Source: Ignavibacteriales bacterium
GTDB lineage: Bacteria; Bacteroidota; Ignavibacteria; UBA10030; UBA6906
Assembly (NCBI GenBank): GCA_037441705.1
Contig: JBBIRR010000011.1
Location: forward strand, 1 to 64,000
DNA length: 64,000 bases
Direction: 5' to 3'
The position numbers and the translations under genes are program-made. Within the stretch, counting starts at the first letter, position 1. Each line of letters opens with the position of its first letter. Positions 48,978-58,699 of the stretch are shown one piece after another. Under the pieces are notes generated by a model, which saw nothing but the letters and a program-made list of their open reading frames with translations, did not search any database and was not told where the DNA came from.

Positions 48978-50456
48978 TTATTTAAGCCTGCGTCGCAGAC
49001 GCGCCACAGGAATATGCATGGCCTCGCGGTACTTTGCGACGGTGCGGCGTGCAATGTTGAGGCCCTGCTCGTTCAGCATCTTGGCGAGCTTGTCGTCGCT
49101 GAGCGGTTTCAGCGGGTCCTCGTGTTCGATCAGTTCTTTCAGTTTCTTTTTGACTTCCTTGTTCGAGATCTCTTCTCCATCGGTCGTGCTGATGGAGTCG
49201 CTGAAGAAGTACCGAAGCGGGAACACACCGTAATCCGTTTGCACGTATTTGCTGTTCACAACGCGACTGATCGTGGAGATGTCCATGCCGATCACCTCGG
49301 CAATGTCCTTGTAGATCATCGGCTTCAGTCCCTCTCCCTTTTCAAAAAATTCCCGCTGCTTGTCAACGATCGTGCGCATCACCTTCAGCATCGTTTCCCG
49401 CCGCTGATGGATGGAACTGATGAACCATTTCGCTGCTTCAAACCGCTGGCGAATGAAGTCTTTGGCCTCGGCGGGCACGCCGTCTTTCTTCCGCTTGGAC
49501 ATCAACTCCTTGTACTGTTTGTTGATCCGGAGCGGCGGGATGTTCTTGTCGTTGAGTGTGATCAGGAAATCATCCTCGGTTTGTGTAACGATGAAGTCGG
49601 GGATGACGTAGTTCTCGTGCGGCGTGAACTCTCCTTCCCCCGGTTTCGGGTTGAGATGCTGAATCACCTCCAGCACCTCCTTCAAATCGTCCAGCGTAAT
49701 GTTGAGCTTCCGGGCAATCTCCTCGAAGTGCCTCATCGTGAAGCTCTCGTAGTGCTCCTTCAACACCTTGAGGGTGAGCTGCTTGATGTAATGATTGTCC
49801 ATCTTCTTCATTTCCACCTGGACAATCAGGCACTCCTGAAGCGTTCTACTGCCGATCCCTACCGGGTCGAGGCGTTGGATCCTCTTCAGGACACTCTCTG
49901 CCTTTTCCAGTGTAATGTTGGTGCCGTGGGAGAGGTTGAGGTCTTGAACGATGGAGGCGAGATCGCGCCGCAAATATCCATCTTCATCCAGATTGCCGAT
50001 GATCTCCGGACCCACCAACACTTCTTCGTCGTCCAGGTCCAGAAGATGGAATTGTTCCAGCAGACGGTGATAGAGCGGCACGGTGTCCGGCATGGGCAGC
50101 TCTTCCTTCTCTTCCGGATCGAACGGCTCGGCGGCTTTGTACCCCGTGTATTCGTCTTTGATGAAGTCGTCGATGGTGTACTCGTCGTCGGCCGACTTGG
50201 GTTCTTCTTCGACTTTCGCCTCGGCTTCGCCGTCGACACTCTCTTCGGCGGTTGCCTCCTCTTTCGTAGGCTCCGTCGTTTCTTCGACCATCTCCAGCTC
50301 TTCGTCGATGCCTTCTTCAAGCAGCGGGTTCATCTCGAGTTCAGCCTTGATCTTCTGCTCGAGTGCCAGCGTCGGAAGCTGCAGCATCTTCAGGTATTGC
50401 ACCTGCTGAGGCGACAGCTTCATCATCATTTTATGTTGCAGAGAAAGATTCAGCAT
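48978..50456 (-). CDS. rpoN: RNA polymerase sigma-54 factor
   Basis: 'NPLLE', 'GNLDEDGYL', 'STISRV', RpoN box 'ARRTVAKYRE'. Confidence 0.97.
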   Translation of the reverse strand: MLNLSLQHKMMMKLSPQQVQYLKMLQLPTLALEQKIKAELEMNPLLEEGIDEELEMVEETTEPTKEEATAEESVDGEAEAKVEEEPKSADDEYTIDDFIKDEYTGYKAAEPFDPEEKEELPMPDTVPLYHRLLEQFHLLDLDDEEVLVGPEIIGNLDEDGYLRRDLASIVQDLNLSHGTNITLEKAESVLKRIQRLDPVGIGSRTLQECLIVQVEMKKMDNHYIKQLTLKVLKEHYESFTMRHFEEIARKLNITLDDLKEVLEVIQHLNPKPGEGEFTPHENYVIPDFIVTQTEDDFLITLNDKNIPPLRINKQYKELMSKRKKDGVPAEAKDFIRQRFEAAKWFISSIHQRRETMLKVMRTIVDKQREFFEKGEGLKPMIYKDIAEVIGMDISTISRVVNSKYVQTDYGVFPLRYFFSDSISTTDGEEISNKEVKKKLKELIEHEDPLKPLSDDKLAKMLNEQGLNIARRTVAKYREAMHIPVARLRRRLK

Positions 50457-51058
50457 CGTCGTGTTCGTTCATCCGGCGGCACGACAGCAGTCGCACCGGT
50501 ATTCAGCCTCTCACAATATTGTCGGAATTTTTCATACCAAGCTTTGCCATACTTTCGCACGAGCGGCTCGCGCAAAAACTCGTAAAGTTTGACCTTCTCC
50601 GCCCTGCCGCGCCTGCGTCCGGCAGCACATTCCGGGATCACCTCATAGTGAAGGAATTCCCTTCCTGCCGAGCGGATGCGCAGGGGGAAGAGATGGCACG
50701 ACAGCGGCTTGCGCCAGTCGGTTTCCCCGTTCAGATACGCTTTTTCAAGACTGCAGCGTGCGATGCCGTCCTCAAAGCAGACAAAGACACACTCACGCCG
50801 CTCGACGCACGTGGTTGCGTAGCTGCCCGGGAAGCCTTCGTACAATCCTTCACGTTCGATCACGCGTATGTTCTTTTCGTCGAGGTACCGCTTGACGATG
50901 GGGTAGGCCTTTTCAAGTTCCAGCACTTCATCATCCTCCAGTGGAGCCCCTCGACCGCCCTCCCGTGTGCAACAGGCACCTTTGCATTGTTCGAGATGGC
51001 AGCAGAACGACGCGCGGGCGACCTCGGTATCCACAACGGCTTCGCCTATGATGAACAT
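50450..51058 (-). CDS. DUF3109 family Cys-rich protein
   Basis: 'FCCHLEQCKGACC...GAPL', 'ECVF', 'CSLEKAY', 'KPLSCHLFPLR', 'FLREPLVRKYG'. Confidence 0.88.
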   Translation of the reverse strand: MFIIGEAVVDTEVARASFCCHLEQCKGACCTREGGRGAPLEDDEVLELEKAYPIVKRYLDEKNIRVIEREGLYEGFPGSYATTCVERRECVFVCFEDGIARCSLEKAYLNGETDWRKPLSCHLFPLRIRSAGREFLHYEVIPECAAGRRRGRAEKVKLYEFLREPLVRKYGKAWYEKFRQYCERLNTGATAVVPPDERTRRC

Positions 51059-51174
51059 ACGCGCCCCCCGCCGATTCGATAACCACACTTAAGGTACTCA
51101 AATTCAGCCAAAGAGAAAAGCCGCATCGCAATCTCCGTCCCGTGAATGTGCTTCGCGTCAGTACGAGATATGGC

Positions 51175-52293
51175 TTACGTTTTCACAAACATCTTGCCCG
51201 GCTTCTGCCGCACGAGTCCCTTGAACTCGAGTGAGAGCAAGTGGACAAGCGCGTCGGCCGTTGACACTCTGGCGCGATCGGCAAGCGCGTCGATGTGGAT
51301 CGGGTCATCGCCCATTGCGTCGTACAACGCCTGCTCGAACACCGAGAGCTGCGGTGCAGGCGTGGGACGAGCGGGCGAGCGCGCTAGGTTCTTGAGCTGT
51401 GGACTGAGCACGGCGAGAACATCATCAACACACTCGACGAGCGTCGCCTTGCCCTGTTTGATCAGGAGATTTGTTCCGCTTCCTCGCTTTTCGCCGACGG
51501 CATGAGGAACGGCGAAGACTTCGCGGTTCTGGTCGAAAGCAATGGAGGCGGTGATCATTGCGCCTCCTTCGATGCCTGTTTCGATGATGAGGGTGCCCAA
51601 TGCGATGCCGCTGATGATGCGATTGCGTCGCGGAAAATTCGGTGCATCGGGTTTGGCTCCCATCGGAAACTCGGACATGAGTGCGCCGTTTTCGATAATC
51701 CGCTCGGCGAGCTTCTGGTTTTCTGCGGGGTAGATCACGTCCACGCCCGAGCCGACGACGGCAATCGTTCGGCCGTTTGCCCGCACGGTGGCGGTATGAG
51801 CGGCCGTGTCGATGCCGCGTGCCAGCCCGCTGACGGTGGGAATGCCGAGCGCGGCGAATCCCTGCGCAAAACGTTCAGCCATTTGTATGCCGTAGGATGA
51901 TGCGCTGCGTGTTCCCACGATGGCAAGCGAGTAGCGGTCGTCGTTCTTGAGTTCACCGCGCACGAAGAGGAAAGCAGGCGGGTCGTACGTGTTGCGCAGA
52001 TTCGTCGGATATTCTTTGTCCCAAAACGTTACCATCCGCGCATCAACTTTGTTGAGACGCTTCAACTGCTCGTCCACGAAACGTTTACTGCGCGCAGCGC
52101 CTGAATCGCGGAAGAAATTCACAATCGTGAGCGCCGTCTTCTTCTCGATCCCGTCAACACGAATCAGCTCCTTCGCCGATGCCTCCGCGATCAGACGCGT
52201 GTCGTGGAAATGGTTGATGAGACTGATGAGACGCGTGGGACCGATGCCGGGGATCGTGGAGAGCGTGAGCACATCTCGGACATCAATCGTCAT
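51175..52293 (-). CDS. dprA: DNA-processing protein DprA
   Basis: 'AIVGTR', 'VSGLARGIDTAAH', 'SEFP', 'FPRRNRIISG', 'REVFAVP'. Confidence 0.96.
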   Translation of the reverse strand: MTIDVRDVLTLSTIPGIGPTRLISLINHFHDTRLIAEASAKELIRVDGIEKKTALTIVNFFRDSGAARSKRFVDEQLKRLNKVDARMVTFWDKEYPTNLRNTYDPPAFLFVRGELKNDDRYSLAIVGTRSASSYGIQMAERFAQGFAALGIPTVSGLARGIDTAAHTATVRANGRTIAVVGSGVDVIYPAENQKLAERIIENGALMSEFPMGAKPDAPNFPRRNRIISGIALGTLIIETGIEGGAMITASIAFDQNREVFAVPHAVGEKRGSGTNLLIKQGKATLVECVDDVLAVLSPQLKNLARSPARPTPAPQLSVFEQALYDAMGDDPIHIDALADRARVSTADALVHLLSLEFKGLVRQKPGKMFVKT

Positions 52294-52299
52294 GGCGCG

Positions 52300-52572
52300 T
52301 CACTCCACCACGTTCATCCCATCCACGACTGCGACAACGACGCTGTGCACGGGTACGTCCTTACTGCGCAGCACCTGGGCGGCCGCCTGACCCTCCTGCA
52401 CAACCAGCACCGTATCGCCGATTCCCGCGTCCACCGTGTCCAGCGCAAGCAAATCTCTGCCCAGCGCTTTGCCCTCTAACGTGATCGGCTGGCAGATCAG
52501 GATGCGCTTGTCTTTGAGATGCGCATTCTTCTGCGTAGCGACGATCGTGCCGGTGACTTTCGAAAGAATCAT
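52300..52572 (-). CDS. eutN: EutN/CcmL-family microcompartment vertex (BMC-P) protein
   Basis: 'KVTGTIVATQK', 'ALDTVDAGIGDTVLV', 'PVHSVVVAVVD'. Confidence 0.9.
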   Translation of the reverse strand: MILSKVTGTIVATQKNAHLKDKRILICQPITLEGKALGRDLLALDTVDAGIGDTVLVVQEGQAAAQVLRSKDVPVHSVVVAVVDGMNVVE

Positions 52573-52655
52573 GCTGCTTCAGAGTGTGTCAACAAAAAGA
52601 TAATGTATTTGGTAGGATGAAAAAAGCCGCGGCGGGCAAGACTGCTCGCTTTTCG

Positions 52656-54038
52656 TCATGATCCTACCTGCTGTGAAAAGGCTGACACCATCTCCTGTGC
52701 CTTCTCCATCGTTCGTGCCTCGGCAATCACCCGAACGATCGGTTCCGTGTTCGATTTGCGCAGATGCACCCACGCGTCTGCGAAGTCAATGCGCACGCCG
52801 TCTTCCGTGTTGATACTTGCCTTGTTTCGATAGGCCTCCACGACCCGCCGAAGCGCTGCGTCGGGAGCGCTGTTGGCAAGCTCGACTTTTCCTTTGGCGA
52901 TGTGATAGGAAGGCAGACTCGCTTTCAGCGCCGAGACGGGCCCCCCAAACTCCGCGACGAGCTGAAGAATGAGCCCAATCCCCACCACGGCATCTCGCCC
53001 TGCGTGCACAGTCGGCAGAATGACGCCGCCGCTTCCTTCGCCGCCGATCACCGCGCCGATGGCGCGCATCTTCTTGACCACGTTGATTTCACCGACAGGC
53101 GCGCGATACACCGCGGCCCCATACGAAGCCGCAATATCCTCCACCGCACGCGTGGTTGAAAGATTAATCACAACCGATTGCGTGTACGTGCGGCCGAGCC
53201 GTCGTTCCTTCTCCAACACAAACTTCACCGCCGAAGCGATCGTGTATTCCTCGCCGAACGGTTCCCCCGTCTCGGTGATGAGAACGAGACGATCCACGTC
53301 GGGGTCAACGGCAATGCCGATGTCGGCCTTTTCCGCTTTCACTCGTGCGCAAAGCTCGGTGAGATTCTCCGGCAGCGGCTCCGGCGTATGCGCAAAGACG
53401 CCGCTCACGTCGCAGTGCAGGCGAATAACTTCACACCCCAATTCGTGAAGAAGGTGGGGCACGATGAGGCCGCCCGCTGCATTCACCGCATCGAGCACCA
53501 CTCTCAGCTTACGCTTCCTGATTCGTTCAAGATCGAGATAGGGGAGAGCCAGCACTGCGTCAACATGTTTTTTGATCCACGAATCGTCCGCCGTATGCGT
53601 TCCGATCCGATCCCAGCGTGCAAAGGTTGCCGCCGCCTTATCGGCAATCTCCCACACCTCCTTATTCTGCTCTGCATCGAGGAATAAGCCGGTGGGCGCG
53701 AAGAATTTCAATCCGTTCCATTGGATGGGGTTATGACTTGCCGTTACGCTGATGCCGCCCGCGGCGCCGAGTTTTTCGACGGCGAGCGCAATCGTCGGCG
53801 TCGGGCAAATGCCGAGCGCACGGACGTTCACGCCGGTAGAGAGAAGCGTGGAGGAGACGATGTTCGTGATGATCTTGCCCGTAATTCTCCCATCTCGTCC
53901 CAGCACCACTTCAGGGCTGTGGGGGTTGGTTCTCTTACAATACTCGCCAAATGCCGCTGCGTACTTGACCACGATCTGCGGTGTGAGCGATTCCCCGACG
54001 ATCCCGCGGATGCCGGAGATGGAAATCATGAGAGACAT
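52656..54038 (-). CDS. glmM: Phosphoglucosamine mutase / phosphohexomutase
   Basis: 'ISISGIRG', 'TASHNP', 'DPDVDR', 'GEGSGG', 'RKSNTEP'. Confidence 0.88.
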   Translation of the reverse strand: MSLMISISGIRGIVGESLTPQIVVKYAAAFGEYCKRTNPHSPEVVLGRDGRITGKIITNIVSSTLLSTGVNVRALGICPTPTIALAVEKLGAAGGISVTASHNPIQWNGLKFFAPTGLFLDAEQNKEVWEIADKAAATFARWDRIGTHTADDSWIKKHVDAVLALPYLDLERIRKRKLRVVLDAVNAAGGLIVPHLLHELGCEVIRLHCDVSGVFAHTPEPLPENLTELCARVKAEKADIGIAVDPDVDRLVLITETGEPFGEEYTIASAVKFVLEKERRLGRTYTQSVVINLSTTRAVEDIAASYGAAVYRAPVGEINVVKKMRAIGAVIGGEGSGGVILPTVHAGRDAVVGIGLILQLVAEFGGPVSALKASLPSYHIAKGKVELANSAPDAALRRVVEAYRNKASINTEDGVRIDFADAWVHLRKSNTEPIVRVIAEARTMEKAQEMVSAFSQQVGS

Positions 54039-54356
54039 GAGAAAGGCTCGGGTTCTGGGTTCAAGATTGCGTGTCAATGTAGGGAAGGATGAAGAGAGAT
54101 GCAATGAATGCGCCGCCGTGCTGATTTCTGCGCGTAGGCTGCCCGTTCGTTGGAAGAGGGCAATCCCACCATCGCCGGCGGTTCTTCACGAACCGGCTGA
54201 CGATTGTTGAGACTTGGTTTTGGCAGCGGAGAGGCATTGAATGTCCCCTTGTTTTTCGTTACGTTTCGAGTGCACGAAGGCTCCCGAACCATGAGGCTGT
54301 GTGCGGATGGAATCGGCTTCGGGTAAGACCCTCGGCGTAGCGCAGGGCTCTCGACG

Positions 54357-54911
54357 ATGCTTTCAGCAGAAGAAAAGCGAGAGTTGTTGGCGGTTGCCCG
54401 TGAGGCAATTGCCGGTGTGTTAAAGGGAGAGCCATACACCGTGCCGCGACCGAGCACGGAAGGTTTGGCACAGCCCGCCGGGGCGTTTGTAACTCTGCGT
54501 CTCCATCACGAGTTGCGCGGGTGCATCGGATATATCGAATCCGAGAAACCGGTGATTGAGGTGGTGGCGGAAGTCGCCGTCAAAGCGGCTTTCGACGATC
54601 CGAGATTTGCTCCGTTAACGCCCGAGGAATTTGAGAACGTGACAGTTGAGGTGTCCGTTCTATCGCCCCTTCGACGCATCCATTCGATAGAAGAAATTGA
54701 GGTAGGCGTGCACGGCATTGTGGTTGCGCTGGGATTGAGACGCGGACTGCTGCTGCCGCAGGTTGCAGTCGAATACCATCTCGATCGCGAAGCCTTTCTG
54801 GAGGCGGCGCTGCGCAAAGCGGGCCTGCCTCCTTCATTCCGCCATGCACCCGATCTTGAGATGTATGTGTTCGAGGCAGAGGTGGTGACGGAAGCTGATG
54901 TCCTGCAGTAG
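54357..54911 (+). CDS. amrA: AmmeMemoRadiSam system protein A (AMMECR1 domain)
   Basis: 'GAFVTL', 'LRGCIG', 'AAFDDPRF', 'LLLPQVA', 'KAGL'. Confidence 0.93.
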   Translation: MLSAEEKRELLAVAREAIAGVLKGEPYTVPRPSTEGLAQPAGAFVTLRLHHELRGCIGYIESEKPVIEVVAEVAVKAAFDDPRFAPLTPEEFENVTVEVSVLSPLRRIHSIEEIEVGVHGIVVALGLRRGLLLPQVAVEYHLDREAFLEAALRKAGLPPSFRHAPDLEMYVFEAEVVTEADVLQ

Positions 54912-54923
54912 AAGGAGATCGGA

Positions 54924-55760
54924 ATGAGCCTGACAACGCACATTCGTCCGCCCGCGGTAGCGGGAAAATTCTATCCCGACGATCCCGAGCAGCTTCGGGA
55001 GATGGTGAGTGGTCTGTTGCATGAAGCGGAAAGCGAGCCGGTGCGTGGAGAGATTCGCGGCATCATCGCGCCGCACGCGGGGTATGTCTATTCGGGCTTC
55101 ACGGCGGCGCATGCGTACAAGCTGCTGCGCGGAAGAAGCGTTCCCGTGGTTGTGGTCGTCTCGCCGAGTCACTTCGATTTCTTCCACGGGGTGTCGGTCT
55201 ACCCGGGCGATGCGTACGAAACGCCGTTAGGCACAATCCCGGTGAACACGGCGTTGAGAGATGCGCTCGTCGCCGCAAGCGATGTCGTGATCATGTCGGA
55301 GGTTGGGCATCGAAGCGAACACGCTCTTGAAGTTCAGCTGCCGTTTCTGCAACTGACGCTGCGGCCCGGTTCGTTTACGCTCCTGCCGGTCGTCGTCGGC
55401 GAACAGAAGCGGGAAACGTGCTTTGCGCTCGCCCGTGCCCTCGGGGAGGTGTTGCGCGATCAAGACGCGCTGCTCGTCGCAAGCACGGATCTTTCGCACT
55501 ACTATCCCGCGCCCGTTGCCGATCGGCTGGATGCGGTCATCGCCAGGGACATTGCCGCATTTGATTATGAACAGCTGATGGCCGATCTCGAAGCGCATCG
55601 CACGGAAGCGTGCGGCGGCGGGCCAACCGTTGCGGTGATGGCAGCGCTGGAGGATCTGGGCGTACGAACGATGAAGGTGACGCATCGCAGCAACTCCGGC
55701 GACACAACGGGCGACTATAGCAGCGTGGTCGGCTATCTCTCCGCGGTGGCCTGCGCGTAA
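54924..55760 (+). CDS. amrB: AmmeMemoRadiSam system protein B (MEMO1 family)
   Basis: 'RPPAVAGKFYP', 'PHAGYVYSG', 'EHALEVQLPFLQ', 'STDLSHY', 'ACG', 'NSGD...VVGY'. Confidence 0.93.
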   Translation: MSLTTHIRPPAVAGKFYPDDPEQLREMVSGLLHEAESEPVRGEIRGIIAPHAGYVYSGFTAAHAYKLLRGRSVPVVVVVSPSHFDFFHGVSVYPGDAYETPLGTIPVNTALRDALVAASDVVIMSEVGHRSEHALEVQLPFLQLTLRPGSFTLLPVVVGEQKRETCFALARALGEVLRDQDALLVASTDLSHYYPAPVADRLDAVIARDIAAFDYEQLMADLEAHRTEACGGGPTVAVMAALEDLGVRTMKVTHRSNSGDTTGDYSSVVGYLSAVACA

Positions 55761-55787
55761 TTCCAACCGGATGAAAGGTTCCTGTAC

Positions 55788-56684
55788 GTGAACATTGCAA
55801 TCGTCGGCGCCGGCAAGGTCGGGTCGGTGTTGGGAAGGATACTGGCGGAGAACGGCGAACGCATCGTTGCGGTCGTTTCGCGCTCGATGCGTTCGGCGCG
55901 CGCGGCCGGGCGTTTCGTGCGCTGCAAGAATGTGTCAACGTCGCTTGCGGCAATCCCGCCACGGACCGATCTCGTGTACATCACGACGCCGCATGCTGCG
56001 GTACAGGAAGTCGCCCACAAACTTGCAGCGGTCGCACACTTGAATTTTCGTCGCCTCGCGGTGTGCCATGCGTCGGGGATGCTCACCGCGGCGGCACTCG
56101 AGCCGCTGGCGAAGAAAGGAGCGACGGTGTTCTCGTTCCATCCTCTGCAGACGTTCCCGCGGGATTTCTCCCCGAAGGAGATTCTGCCGACGGCGCGCAA
56201 CATCTGGTACGGTGTTGACGGAACGCGAACGGCGCTCCGCAAAGCGCGGCAACTTGCGCGCGCGTTGAAAGGCAACGTGGTTGTCATCCGGCCCGAGAGG
56301 CGAGCACTCTATCATGCCGCCTGTGTCGTTGCCTCCAATCATCTCACCACGATGTTGTGGGTGGTGGAACAGATGTTCAAAGCGCTGAAGACGAACGAGC
56401 GCACGTTCTACCCTCTCTTCGAACCGATCATCATGGCAACGCTGCACAACGTCGCGCGAACGAGTCCGGCGCAGGCGCTCAGCGGGCCGATCGCCCGAGG
56501 CGGTGTGGAAACGGTGGCAGAACATTTTGATGCGCTTCGGCAATTTGCTCCGCAGTTGATTCCGTATTTTGCCGCGGTTTCCGCTGAAACCACGCGTCTG
56601 GCGGAGGCGAAAGGCTCGATAGATGCGGCAAAAGCGCAAGCACTGTATGAGCTGATCGCATCGCAAACCAGCATTCGAGAATGA
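55788..56684 (+). CDS. Rossmann-like + DUF2520 oxidoreductase (PanG-like)
   Basis: 'GAGKVG', 'HASG', 'FHPLQTF', 'YHAACVVASN', 'LSGPIARG'. Confidence 0.88.
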   Translation: MNIAIVGAGKVGSVLGRILAENGERIVAVVSRSMRSARAAGRFVRCKNVSTSLAAIPPRTDLVYITTPHAAVQEVAHKLAAVAHLNFRRLAVCHASGMLTAAALEPLAKKGATVFSFHPLQTFPRDFSPKEILPTARNIWYGVDGTRTALRKARQLARALKGNVVVIRPERRALYHAACVVASNHLTTMLWVVEQMFKALKTNERTFYPLFEPIIMATLHNVARTSPAQALSGPIARGGVETVAEHFDALRQFAPQLIPYFAAVSAETTRLAEAKGSIDAAKAQALYELIASQTSIRE

Positions 56685-56700
56685 AATTGAAAGGTCGCCG

Positions 56701-57765
56701 TTGAAAGCACTCATCGCCAGCGGAGGACGTGGAACACGACTGCGTCCCATCACGCATACACAAAACAAACATCTCATCCCCATCGCCAACAAGCCGATAC
56801 TCTACTACGCAATTGAAGCGGCGGTTGATGCGGGCATCAAAGAGATCGGGATTGTGCACAACGCCGATAGTCTCGAAGTGCCCAACTACGTCGGCGACGG
56901 CTCGAAATGGGGAGTGCGCATCACCTACATTCCGCAGGAAACACCCGGCGGTCTCGCTCAGGTGGTGATGTTGGCGGAGAAGTTCATTGGCGAGGACAAG
57001 TTCATTTTCTATCTTGGCGACAACATGGTGGTCGGTGGCGTGAAACGCTTCATCGAGGAGTTCGAACGCAGCGGCTGCAATTGTTTTCTCACACTGGCCA
57101 GGGTCAAAGACCCCGAGCGCTTCGGTGTGCCGGAAATCCGTGACGGAAGAATTGTCGGTGTCGAGGAGAAACCCAAACACCCAAAAAGCGGCTACGCCGT
57201 GGCAGGTATTTATCTGTACGACAAACATATCTTCGAGGCAGTCAGGGCCCTGAAACCGAGCTGGCGCGGCGAGTTGGAAATCTCTGACGCACATCAGTAT
57301 CTTATTGATAAGGGATACAAAGTCGGCTACACCGAGATTACCGGTTGGTGGAAGGATACCGGCAAGCCGTCCGATTTGTTGGAAGCGAACCGGCTGATTC
57401 TCGATGCAATCGAACCGCGCGTGGAGGGCGACGTTGATACGATGTCCGACGTCGCAGGCAAAGTCGTGATCGAGCCGGGAGCCAAAATCATCAATAGCAA
57501 AGTACGAGGACCTGCAATCATCGGCAAAGAGTGTGTCATCGAAAACAGCTACATCGGTCCGTTTACTTCCATCGGCGACCGAACGATAGTGCGTGACAGT
57601 GAGGTCGAGTACAGCATCGTTCTGCGGGACTGCAAGATTCTCAGCGTCGGTATTCGCATCGAAGGAAGTATTTTGGGGAATGATGTGGAGATTGTGGAAG
57701 CCAACGGCAAGCCGCGCGTCCACAGGTTTATGATTGGTGATCAGAGCAGAGTGGAAGTAGCATAA
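56701..57765 (+). CDS. rfbA: Glucose-1-phosphate thymidylyltransferase (long form)
   Basis: 'GGRGTRLRPIT', 'YLGDN', 'EEKP', 'PSWRGELEISDA', 'WWKDTG', C-terminal beta-helix. Confidence 0.9.
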   Translation: MKALIASGGRGTRLRPITHTQNKHLIPIANKPILYYAIEAAVDAGIKEIGIVHNADSLEVPNYVGDGSKWGVRITYIPQETPGGLAQVVMLAEKFIGEDKFIFYLGDNMVVGGVKRFIEEFERSGCNCFLTLARVKDPERFGVPEIRDGRIVGVEEKPKHPKSGYAVAGIYLYDKHIFEAVRALKPSWRGELEISDAHQYLIDKGYKVGYTEITGWWKDTGKPSDLLEANRLILDAIEPRVEGDVDTMSDVAGKVVIEPGAKIINSKVRGPAIIGKECVIENSYIGPFTSIGDRTIVRDSEVEYSIVLRDCKILSVGIRIEGSILGNDVEIVEANGKPRVHRFMIGDQSRVEVA

Positions 57766-57779
57766 AATCTACTACCCAG

Positions 57780-57847
57780 CCGCGAATTCACGCGAATGAA
57801 CGCCACTCATGGTTTCTCAATTCGCGACAATTCGCGTTCATTCGCGG
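57780..57847. repeat. Imperfect palindrome built from 10-bp-period CGCGAAT units (REP-like)
   Basis: CCGCGAATTCA CGCGAATGAA CGC ... ATTCGCG ACA ATTCGCG TTC ATTCGCGG. Confidence 0.8.
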
Positions 57848-57886
57848 TCCAAATATCGGTTCGATAGTTTGTTGGAACGGCACTAT

Positions 57887-57914
57887 AATCCAAAATCCAG
57901 AATCCTGAATCCAT
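57887..57914 (+). repeat. 7-bp tandem repeat AATCCNN x4
   Basis: AATCCAA AATCCAG AATCCTG AATCCAT immediately before the crotonase ATG. Confidence 0.75.
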
Positions 57915-57916
57915 CA

Positions 57917-58699
57917 ATGAACTACCAAACGCTTCTTCTCGAAACCGACAATCGCATCGCTATCATTACCATCAACCGTCCCGACAAACTCAACGCGCTG
58001 AACGCGCAGGCGAAGTCGGAACTGCGCGATGCCTTCACACAAATCAAGACGGATGGAAATGTTGATGTCGTAGTTCTGACCGGAGCAGGAGAGAAAGCAT
58101 TCGTTGCTGGGACGGACATCGGCGAACTGACGGTCTTGAATTCGGAGAGCGGGAAGGAGGTCTCCGCCAAGGGCCAGGAAGTTTTCGATCTTATCGAGAA
58201 TCTCGGCAAGCCGGTCATCGCCGCCATCAACGGCTACGCGCTCGGCGGCGGCTGCGAGCTTGCCCTCGCCTGCCACATTCGGATTGCTTCGGAGAACGCA
58301 AAATTCGGACAGCCGGAAGTGAACCTCGGCATCATTCCCGGGTACGGCGGAACGCAGCGGCTTGCGCGGCTCATCGGCCGCGGCCGTGCGATGGAAATGA
58401 TTCTCACCGGAAATCCCATCGATGCACAGGAGGCTCTCCGCATCGGTCTGGTCAACAAAGTGGTACCGCAGGCGGAGCTGCTGGCAGCGGCAAGGGCGAT
58501 GGCGCAGCTCATCGCGAGTAAGGGGCAAATCGCCATTCGCATGGCGCTGAAAGCCGTGAACATGACGCAGGAGACCACACTCAGCGACGGACAGAAGCTC
58601 GAGGCTTCCCTGTTCGGCGTTTGCTGCGATACGGAGGATTTCAAAGAGGGGACCGCGGCTTTCATGGAGAAACGCAAGGCGGTGTTCAAGAACAGGTGA
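57917..58699 (+). CDS. Enoyl-CoA hydratase / crotonase
   Basis: 'INRPDKLNALN', 'AFVAGTDI', 'GYALGGGCELAL', 'FGQPEVNLGIIPGYGGTQRL'. Confidence 0.93.
   Translation: MNYQTLLLETDNRIAIITINRPDKLNALNAQAKSELRDAFTQIKTDGNVDVVVLTGAGEKAFVAGTDIGELTVLNSESGKEVSAKGQEVFDLIENLGKPVIAAINGYALGGGCELALACHIRIASENAKFGQPEVNLGIIPGYGGTQRLARLIGRGRAMEMILTGNPIDAQEALRIGLVNKVVPQAELLAAARAMAQLIASKGQIAIRMALKAVNMTQETTLSDGQKLEASLFGVCCDTEDFKEGTAAFMEKRKAVFKNR

Noticed and set aside
48654-50585. 643-aa plus-strand ORF
   Set aside because: Antisense to rpoN/hslV; typical shadow ORF in GC-rich coding DNA.
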